DNA of 64,000 bases from positions 38,631 to 102,630 of the IMG/VR virus record IMGVR_UViG_3300030329_005371. One strand, written 5' to 3'. Position numbers and translations under genes: made by a program. The notes under the pieces were generated by a model. It saw only the letters and a program-made list of their open reading frames with translations. It did not search any database and had not been told where the DNA came from. Source of the stretch: a virus. Of the stretch, positions 55,649 through 63,351 are shown one piece after another. Each line of letters starts with the position of its first letter. The stretch's first letter is position 1.

Positions 55649-58270
55649 ATGATTACACGCACCGGTCATTATTTAAACGGCTCACTTATGTCAGGGTCAG
55701 ATTCTTTCAGAACCATGATGGGGGGATATTGGCAATTTGTAGAAGAGGATGACGGCGTACAGACTACAGTTGAATTTGTTCCGATGCGCGATAATGAGAC
55801 CGCAACGTGGATAACCACTTTTACAGAGGAAGATTTCCCCATCCAAGAAGTGATGATTAGAAATAACTATTATGATGCATCATTTTATACTGCTAGTGCT
55901 GCTTCTATTATCCCAACTTGGAAAAACCAAATTAGAATTGTAGGAAATCCAGATATTGTTGAAGATGATACCCACTGGCTTTCACTTAGTAACAAATTTT
56001 TATCGAGCACAGATACTATCGATATTAGTTTTCAGTATGAATATCCGTATGCTCCGCTTTATATTAAAAGCGTTGATTATGAGAATGTAGCAAATTATCA
56101 GGTTGCTAATTTTACCTATAACTATAACTATTATTTGCCAGAATATCAAAATGTCCGATATGGCGAATCAGTATTGTTAAAGCCGAATTATTATACTCTC
56201 ATTAGCGTGGGTGTCGGTAAGACCACAGCAGATACCGATGAAGATATGTACAACTTAGTCACAGTAGAGGGAACGGTAGATCCTGAAAGTCTCTTTTCCT
56301 CTCGCAACACTGAATATCCTCCCACTTACGATATTACATCTGCTGATTTAAGATCGGGTCGCTTAGGATATAAAGATAAATTACATAATATAAAAAAATA
56401 TTTAAGTAGCTCCTACAATGCCCCAGCATTGTCAGCGTCTAGCCTTTCTACGGCGATATCAAGATTCCCGAAAATAATGTTTAATAGAGAATCACAACTT
56501 AGTTTATTTCCTACTGCTCTTGAGTGGGAAGATAGAATGCCCTATATGGTAAAGTTAAATTTTCCTGTTGATAATTCCTCATATACATGGGGAGATATGA
56601 TTTACGATTCTGGTTTTGAAAATTTGATGCTATCGTTTATTAAAGATTCTTTTAGTTTTCCCCATCTGACACCCAACATTGTCCCTTATCCTTATGAAGC
56701 GGTTCATAATGTGATATCCTCATCATTGGGAGTAGTAAAAGAATACTCATTAACAACAGAGTCATCTTTTAATGAGACCAATTTCTATACTATGATCTTT
56801 GACACTCTATCAAAGCAACATGCCGGATTTACTACGCTTAATCGCGATTATCATATTCCCGGCGGTCAATCCGCTGCCATGAATCAACTTGACAATGCCT
56901 ATCGGACATTTAGATTTTCGCACTCTGTGCCAGCTCTTGATCTTTTAATGCGCGTTAATGAATATTTAGATCTTAACTATCCGTTGACGCAGGATACCTA
57001 CATGACAGTGCCGGATATTCTAAATGAAGCCGGCAATTCTAAGTATACTGAAACTTTGGCATATCGAGTCCGAAAGCTAAACACGGCCCAGCAAACTGTA
57101 CAAAACTTTATTGTAACCAATAGCAATCACATTTCAAAAGCCACAGATGGTTCGGACCAGTGTACTCTATATGATTCTCAGGTTAGATATGGTGAATCAT
57201 ATGATTATACAGTATACGCATATGTTTTAGTTTATGGATGGGGCTTGAGATATGAAGATTGGGGAGTGTCGCGACAAATTGGCTCTCCCAAAGAAATATC
57301 AAGCGGAGAAGTATACTGTTTGGAAATGATAAATCCCACCACAGGACAACCCACCCCGGCCGCATGGACAGCCGCAGATGTTTCGAGTGTAGAGATTACA
57401 AACGAATTATATACTTCGGCACAGATTAACTCTTTAGAGAGATATCAGGCACACATGACGCTAACGACGGAGCCAATAATACGTATTATAGAAGTTCCAC
57501 TATATAGTAAGAGAGTTACGGTTCTGGATCATCCGGCACCCCCAATCCAGCTGTCAAAGTTTCAAAGGATGGATGATTCTCAAATAATCGGCTTAATGGC
57601 CTCTGTTGATGTTCCTATGGCTTCGACTTTCCCCCTAACAGTGTTGCCGTCCGACGAACTTTATAAGGGCCTTTACCTTGCGTCTAATGATTTATTGGCA
57701 ACTGAAAAAAATTCTAATTATTGTAAATCATATGTAGATAAAATTCAGATATTCCGCAAAAGTGAAAGACCACTTTCGTTCACTGATTTCACAGAAAACG
57801 ATCTTATCGCGACTAAAGACTTGAAGATTCCAGGCTCTACTTATACTTATTCTTCGTGCGTTTATGAAGAAAAGGTAAGAACCAACACTAAGATCTATTA
57901 TCTTTTAAGAGCGGTTAGTCAAAATGGAACCCCTGGAGTTCTTAGCACTTTGGTTGAGGTAGAGTTAGTTAGCGATGGAGGCTATAAATACGCCACATTT
58001 GATGAAAAGATTCCGGCTGATTTTGAAGAAGATCTGTTGAACGAGGTGACCACACAATTCAAAAAGATATTTCAATTGGTGCCCAATATTAATCAGCTAG
58101 AATTCGATACAACAGAGGTAGATTTTGATAACAATGCTGGTGATGAAATAAATGGCATAGTGGTAGGTACGTCAGATGATAGTATTTTTGGAAAAACTTT
58201 TAAACTTAGATTAACTTCTAAAAAAACAGGAAAGAAAATCGATCTAAACGTTACATATAAATTAAATTAA
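55649..58270 (+). CDS. Virion structural protein with FN3/Ig-like beta segments
   Basis: YDSQVRYGESYDYTVYAY, NTKIYYLLRAVSQNG.PG..S, C-terminal FKLRLTSKKTGKKIDLNV. Confidence 0.6.
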   Translation: MITRTGHYLNGSLMSGSDSFRTMMGGYWQFVEEDDGVQTTVEFVPMRDNETATWITTFTEEDFPIQEVMIRNNYYDASFYTASAASIIPTWKNQIRIVGNPDIVEDDTHWLSLSNKFLSSTDTIDISFQYEYPYAPLYIKSVDYENVANYQVANFTYNYNYYLPEYQNVRYGESVLLKPNYYTLISVGVGKTTADTDEDMYNLVTVEGTVDPESLFSSRNTEYPPTYDITSADLRSGRLGYKDKLHNIKKYLSSSYNAPALSASSLSTAISRFPKIMFNRESQLSLFPTALEWEDRMPYMVKLNFPVDNSSYTWGDMIYDSGFENLMLSFIKDSFSFPHLTPNIVPYPYEAVHNVISSSLGVVKEYSLTTESSFNETNFYTMIFDTLSKQHAGFTTLNRDYHIPGGQSAAMNQLDNAYRTFRFSHSVPALDLLMRVNEYLDLNYPLTQDTYMTVPDILNEAGNSKYTETLAYRVRKLNTAQQTVQNFIVTNSNHISKATDGSDQCTLYDSQVRYGESYDYTVYAYVLVYGWGLRYEDWGVSRQIGSPKEISSGEVYCLEMINPTTGQPTPAAWTAADVSSVEITNELYTSAQINSLERYQAHMTLTTEPIIRIIEVPLYSKRVTVLDHPAPPIQLSKFQRMDDSQIIGLMASVDVPMASTFPLTVLPSDELYKGLYLASNDLLATEKNSNYCKSYVDKIQIFRKSERPLSFTDFTENDLIATKDLKIPGSTYTYSSCVYEEKVRTNTKIYYLLRAVSQNGTPGVLSTLVEVELVSDGGYKYATFDEKIPADFEEDLLNEVTTQFKKIFQLVPNINQLEFDTTEVDFDNNAGDEINGIVVGTSDDSIFGKTFKLRLTSKKTGKKIDLNVTYKLN

Positions 58271-58289
58271 GGGTAATTAGGGATATATT

Positions 58290-59306
58290 ATGGCTTTTTT
58301 AGATAACACTGGAACAATTAAAATAGATGCGGTTCTGACAGATGTCGGAAGAAAAAGAATGGCGCAGGGCCAGTTTATGATAACTAAGTTTGCACTAGGC
58401 GATGATGAATTGGATTATTCGTTTGTAGATACTTCGGATCTTACTGAAGAAAGTTCGTTCGCTTCTCTAAAGACGTTTTCTATGTTTGAGGCATTTGCCG
58501 AAAAGAACGCAGTCATCACCTATCAGCTTAGAGATTTTAGAAGTGATGATATATTGTATATCCCGCAGATTAAGATTAACGAAAAAATAAGCGAATCAGT
58601 AAAGAAGGACACATCTTCTAATTCTACATTTTATTATTTAGGTGTCAATGTGGAGACTACTAAGAAATTAAAGACGCTAATAGGTAAAAGATTTTATCTG
58701 GAAAATGAGTCATCATTGCTCAATAAATTAGTATTTGAAGCAGGAATTCACAGCGATACATCAACAATAGATCTTCCTCATACACAAAAAGCTCGCGAGC
58801 GTTATCTTTTAAACTACAATTTATATGATAAATACTTTATAATCAATTGTGATAACAGGTTTATCGACAAGTTATTAGTTGTCGACCCTAAAGATACGAA
58901 ATTTGAGAATGACGCATCAAACAATATGTTTTACAACTTTCAGACATTGCGACCAATTCCGCCGGTGTCGCTTAAAAAAATAACTAAATATTTTGATTCA
59001 TATATTGTGCCCGGGATCGACAATGAGATATTTCCCTATTCCGGCATTGATGATAACAAATATTCAGCGATTAATGGGCCTCGCAGTACTGTTGGGGTTT
59101 TCAATTTAAAAGTGATCGATGAGCTAACTGGCGAATCAACCACAACCAGAGACTTTAGATACTTAAAGTTTGGAGAAATCAACAAGACATTGTTTGGCGG
59201 TAGCGATAAGTTTGATTATATTGACACAGTTCTGCGCATTGAAGGAACCGCTAGCGGCGCCACCCTTCAGGTACCTATTAGAATTTTAAGATATGCAGGC
59301 ACTTAA
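58290..59306 (+). CDS. Virion structural protein, paralog A
   Basis: MAFLDN.G.I..DAVLTDVGR..M..G.F.ITKFALGDDE.DY; 338 aa. Confidence 0.75.
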   Translation: MAFLDNTGTIKIDAVLTDVGRKRMAQGQFMITKFALGDDELDYSFVDTSDLTEESSFASLKTFSMFEAFAEKNAVITYQLRDFRSDDILYIPQIKINEKISESVKKDTSSNSTFYYLGVNVETTKKLKTLIGKRFYLENESSLLNKLVFEAGIHSDTSTIDLPHTQKARERYLLNYNLYDKYFIINCDNRFIDKLLVVDPKDTKFENDASNNMFYNFQTLRPIPPVSLKKITKYFDSYIVPGIDNEIFPYSGIDDNKYSAINGPRSTVGVFNLKVIDELTGESTTTRDFRYLKFGEINKTLFGGSDKFDYIDTVLRIEGTASGATLQVPIRILRYAGT

Positions 59307-59330
59307 AACTAACTTTATTAAAATAATTAC

Positions 59331-59337
59331 TATTTAT
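59331..59337 (+). promoter_or_regulatory. Putative late-promoter motif TATTTAT
   Basis: 26 nt upstream of the ATG at 59357, ahead of a GAGG SD. Confidence 0.45.
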
Positions 59338-59356
59338 GTTAAGAGAGGAATAATAA

Positions 59357-60373
59357 ATGGCTTTTTTAGATAACTCAGGAGATATCATTCTTGATGCGGT
59401 GCTTACCGATGTAGGGCGCCAAAAGCTTTCAGATGGCAAGTTTGAGATTACTAAGTTTGGCTTAGGTGATGATGAAATTAATTACGGAACTTACGATCTC
59501 AATCACCCCTCTGGATCGGCATATTATGATTTAGAGATTATGCAGACGCCGGTATTAGAGGCCTGGACTGCTACTAATCAGAATATTAATTATGGATTGC
59601 TGACAAACACTAACTTAGAATTAGAATATTTGCCGGTATTGGTATGTAACGAGAAAGCAGATTGCTCAGTGTCACTCAGTAGGCGTAATAATCTTTTTTA
59701 TGTGGCCACCAATTCGGATACTTGGGCAACATTAAATGGAACTTATAGCGACAATCTTCTTTTGGCTAATTCGACATCTTTGACTCAGTATATTATTGTG
59801 GAGTCGGGCCTTGATACTTATGATGAGCCCGCAACTGCTGTAACACGCCGCGGCTTCTTAGAAGTTAATGATCTTATAGATACCATGTTCACAGTGAACG
59901 CAGATAGTCGATTTATTGTGGGAGTAGGCACTATTAAAAGCGGCCCCGGTGGCGGCACATTTGCGAATGTTGTTAGTGATAACTCTCCGAACTTTAGTAT
60001 AGCGATTGAGATAAATACCTCTATTGGCGATTCAACCGAATTGGAGGGTTTCGAGAGGTTTCGCTCTAAAGGCCTTGCGAACAGGGTTTTCGATCCTACT
60101 TCGGGAGATGGAGATATCTATTCAAGCCTTAAGGGGCCGCGCGGTAGTATTTGTGCTTTAAATGTTAGTATTAAAAGTAGCCTGACGAGCACCAGCCAAA
60201 CCGACAGACTTTTTCAAGAGCACGGCTCTGTGAATGTGACCCCTACGGCTGCGGGAGTGCCGTCCGGAACTGCGACTACCTATGACTTTTTAGATACAAT
60301 CCTCTACGTACAGGGAATGTTTAGTGGTGCCACGCTACAAATTCCCCTTAGACTCATAAGAAAGAATTCATAA
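59357..60373 (+). CDS. Virion structural protein, paralog B
   Basis: MAFLDNSGDIILDAVLTDVGRQKLSDGKFEITKFGLGDDEINY; 338 aa; shares GPR and SGATLQ.P.R with paralog A. Confidence 0.75.
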   Translation: MAFLDNSGDIILDAVLTDVGRQKLSDGKFEITKFGLGDDEINYGTYDLNHPSGSAYYDLEIMQTPVLEAWTATNQNINYGLLTNTNLELEYLPVLVCNEKADCSVSLSRRNNLFYVATNSDTWATLNGTYSDNLLLANSTSLTQYIIVESGLDTYDEPATAVTRRGFLEVNDLIDTMFTVNADSRFIVGVGTIKSGPGGGTFANVVSDNSPNFSIAIEINTSIGDSTELEGFERFRSKGLANRVFDPTSGDGDIYSSLKGPRGSICALNVSIKSSLTSTSQTDRLFQEHGSVNVTPTAAGVPSGTATTYDFLDTILYVQGMFSGATLQIPLRLIRKNS

Positions 60374-60388
60374 ACTGGAGATTATTTA

Positions 60389-61528
60389 ATGGCAGCACAA
60401 AATTTTGTAAACCTAAACAGCGATGACGATATTACAACAACTAGAACGTTGTTGCATGAGGCCATCCCGCTGACAGGAACTATCTATAAGTACCAAACGA
60501 GTTCGTACGGCGATAACAATATTAAAAATTATATTCATGGCATGTTTCAGTCTGTTTATGATTATCCGTATTTGAGTTCTTCGGCTAACCATATTTTTGA
60601 CTTAACGGCATGTTATGCGGCTACTTCAAATTGCTCATCTTCAACATCAGTTCAAAACGCCAAGAAGATTAATATGTACACTGAGTTTGCTCAGCTGTTG
60701 CTTGGCTATAGCGGCTCTTTAACAGATCCCCGTCGAGATGTTAGATACTTCGAGAATGATCTTACGCTCGATGGTAGCAATAAAATGCGTGAAGTTTTTA
60801 TAGTTAATTTTTCTCGCCTATTGACCAAGGATCAAGTCAAGAAGGGGAGCTTTAGTATGACTATTGGAACTGGCTCCTGGAAAAATCCCTTCAAAGATAA
60901 TCGCCTCAATATCACAGTTACAGACGCGTCCGCATCCGCCGATGGATCTGGCATTGCCACTACTTTGGGCGGCGATATGGCAGTCCTATTTGCCACGTCC
61001 AGCAATGGATTTCTTCGAAATGGAACAGATTATTCTACTTTAGCGGCCGGCGTGGTGTTTTATCAAGCGGGTATTGCGATTCTTACTGCTTCTATATTTT
61101 CGGGGTCCGTTGGTAGAGGTAAGGCCGGCCCGACAGCAGGGCCGAGTGGTGCCTTCTACCGGGCGCCATATGGACAAAGAAATAGAAATGTCCAACAAAC
61201 TCTTTCGAGTTCTGCTATTAGCGCTGCTTGTGATGCTGTGCGGCATAGAATAGGAAATATTGCCTTTAATAATACGACTGAGATTAACTCTAAGATTTAT
61301 TTCTGTCGTGTTCCGCACAATAAATTTAACTATAGCGCTAATCCTACTTATTTGTCGGGAAGCAAGATTAAGGTGAAGAATGTAGCATCCGACTCGCCAG
61401 TCGCTTATATTACAACAGTTGGACTCTACAACGATCAACAGGAACTCATGGCTGTCGCTAAGCTTTCCGAACCTATTAGGAAGGATCCCACTAACGATCT
61501 TACAATTAGAGTTCGTTTGGATTACTAA
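60389..61528 (+). CDS. Baseplate/tail-collar-like structural protein
   Basis: C-terminal FNYSANPT...YITTVGLYND..ELMAVAKLSEPIRK....IRVRLDY, similar to tail-collar/wedge C-termini. Confidence 0.65.
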   Translation: MAAQNFVNLNSDDDITTTRTLLHEAIPLTGTIYKYQTSSYGDNNIKNYIHGMFQSVYDYPYLSSSANHIFDLTACYAATSNCSSSTSVQNAKKINMYTEFAQLLLGYSGSLTDPRRDVRYFENDLTLDGSNKMREVFIVNFSRLLTKDQVKKGSFSMTIGTGSWKNPFKDNRLNITVTDASASADGSGIATTLGGDMAVLFATSSNGFLRNGTDYSTLAAGVVFYQAGIAILTASIFSGSVGRGKAGPTAGPSGAFYRAPYGQRNRNVQQTLSSSAISAACDAVRHRIGNIAFNNTTEINSKIYFCRVPHNKFNYSANPTYLSGSKIKVKNVASDSPVAYITTVGLYNDQQELMAVAKLSEPIRKDPTNDLTIRVRLDY

Positions 61529-61530
61529 AA

Positions 61531-62757
61531 ATGTCTTTGAAGAAGTTTGATGAAAACGATGTTTTCATTAATACCATGAAGGCATATCCTCATAATGAGT
61601 TTGTCGTCTTTAATTCAAAGATATATTGGAATAGTGTTCCGGCTCAATCCGGCGCCCGAAACAATCAGGTGCGAAATGTTCCGTCCGGATATGTGAGTCT
61701 CTATGAATACAATATTGATCGCCCTAAGTTATCGACCGGCCGCTCTATTGAAACTGGAAGTATTTTAGACACTGGGCGGATTTATCCATGGATTTCTAAG
61801 GATACCGCCGGCGGAAGCTTTAAGACTGTCTCTACTGAGACCTATCAAAACGAATTTCAGTGGGGCGATGTGCTGACTGGCTCCTACCCCCTGTCTGCTT
61901 CTATAACGCGAGAATACATAACGCGCCCGTATTATTCTACGGCATCTTATAATAAGCACTATATGTCGCTTAGAAATAGATTAAATTTTTACGGACTTAA
62001 GAGTCAGCACTATAATGTTACATCTGCTTTTGGAAACAAAGATCGTTCAAAGATTAACCTAGTTTCAATCCCTAGCATTTTTTATGGGTCTCAGATCAAG
62101 CCTGGGAGCGTTTCCCTTAAGTGGTATTTTACAGGCTCCCTTATTGGCGAACTTAGAGATACACGCCAGAATGGTGAATTGATTCAGGTAGGCCCTCGAT
62201 CAAGCCTAGGGAGCGGTTCTGTAGCGGGCGTTGTTCTTTATAACGAAGGGTTTGTTCTCTTAACTGGCTCTTGGGCGCTCAATACTGAAACAATTCGACT
62301 CACCACGGCTTCGTTTTCCATCGCACCGCAATGGTTACATTACGGCGCCGGCGCAAATGACGGAATTTCTACCAGTACCGCCGGCGCCACGTATGCTAGT
62401 GCTTCATTTTCTCTTTCCTTTAAGGGTACCACAGAAACACAAGTGGTTACCATGCTGGCTAAAGCAAAGCGCGGAGAAGTAAATTATTCAAATAATCCCA
62501 CATTTCTAAAATACGGACAAACAAGAACTTACGCCTCTTCGTCACAGATATTTGAAGAACCTACAGACGTGGAAATTAAAAATTGTGTGAGTTCTTCGTT
62601 TAATGATTATGAGGTGCCTTTTAAAAGACAAGTGTATATCTCGCGCGTTGGTATTTATGATGAGAATAAAAATTTGATAGGCATGGCTACTCTAGCAAAT
62701 CCTGTTTTGAAAGAATCGGGCCGAGATCTAGCATTTAAAATAAAAGTAGATATCTAG
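61531..62757 (+). CDS. Baseplate/tail-collar-like structural protein (paralog of 60389)
   Basis: IKPGS, G.V.Y..G...LT, NYSNNPT...YISRVGIYDE..NLIGMATLANPVLK....FKIKVDI. Confidence 0.65.
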   Translation: MSLKKFDENDVFINTMKAYPHNEFVVFNSKIYWNSVPAQSGARNNQVRNVPSGYVSLYEYNIDRPKLSTGRSIETGSILDTGRIYPWISKDTAGGSFKTVSTETYQNEFQWGDVLTGSYPLSASITREYITRPYYSTASYNKHYMSLRNRLNFYGLKSQHYNVTSAFGNKDRSKINLVSIPSIFYGSQIKPGSVSLKWYFTGSLIGELRDTRQNGELIQVGPRSSLGSGSVAGVVLYNEGFVLLTGSWALNTETIRLTTASFSIAPQWLHYGAGANDGISTSTAGATYASASFSLSFKGTTETQVVTMLAKAKRGEVNYSNNPTFLKYGQTRTYASSSQIFEEPTDVEIKNCVSSSFNDYEVPFKRQVYISRVGIYDENKNLIGMATLANPVLKESGRDLAFKIKVDI

Positions 62758-62763
62758 TATAAT
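62735..62763 (+). promoter_or_regulatory. Possible sigma70 promoter for a leaderless transcript
   Basis: TTAAAA (62735-62740)-N17-TATAAT (62758-62763); ATG follows after 6 nt with no SD. Confidence 0.45.
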
Positions 62764-62769
62764 AGAATA

Positions 62770-63351
62770 ATGATACTTGGCATCGACATATCCACCAGCA
62801 TCACTGGGTTTGCAGTTGTCGCAGAAGGCGAAATTGTCTTCTATGATTCTGTTGACTTGCGTAAATATAAAAATTTATTTGAGAAAGCAGAAAGAATAAA
62901 AGAAGCTATCTTTACTATTTTTGATAATTATCAGTTTTGTCGAGAAGATGATCATTGGATGGAAGCAGAATCAGATCATCCAATTTCGCACATTTATATT
63001 GAGCAATCGCTTCACATGTTCATGGGCGGCAAATCATCTGCTAAGACTCTTTCAACGCTCACACGATTTAATGGCATTGTGTCGTGGCTTGTTTACGAAA
63101 TGTTTAGCATGGAGCCTAAATTCATCGGCGCTACGTCAGCACGTAAACACGCCGGCATTAAAGTTCCGAGAGGACAAAAAGCAAAACAGGTCGTTTTACA
63201 ATATTTACTTGACAACGAACCTGCTTTTACGATAGAATATACAAAGCATGGAAATCCGAAACCTGAATCGTATGACCGTGCGGACGCAATTGTTATAGCA
63301 AAAGCAGGGTGGGCGATTGAACAAGCAAGCAGCGAAGAAGATTCTCAATGA
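62770..63351 (+). CDS. ruvC: RuvC-like Holliday junction resolvase
   Basis: ILGIDISTSITG (catalytic D), IYIEQ (E), L.RFNG, AK, DRADAIVIA (DxxD). Confidence 0.85.
   Translation: MILGIDISTSITGFAVVAEGEIVFYDSVDLRKYKNLFEKAERIKEAIFTIFDNYQFCREDDHWMEAESDHPISHIYIEQSLHMFMGGKSSAKTLSTLTRFNGIVSWLVYEMFSMEPKFIGATSARKHAGIKVPRGQKAKQVVLQYLLDNEPAFTIEYTKHGNPKPESYDRADAIVIAKAGWAIEQASSEEDSQ

Noticed and set aside
58290-60373. Diversity-generating retroelement or invertible cassette behind the paralog pair
   Set aside because: No reverse transcriptase or invertase, no near-identical TR/VR pair with adenine-specific differences, and no inverted repeats.
2074-61959. Many minus-strand and nested ORFs (e.g. 29896-30363, 30754-31374, 44609-45034, 54736-55188)
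   Set aside because: All lie antisense to or inside well-supported + strand genes, with no motifs or SD; typical shadow ORFs.
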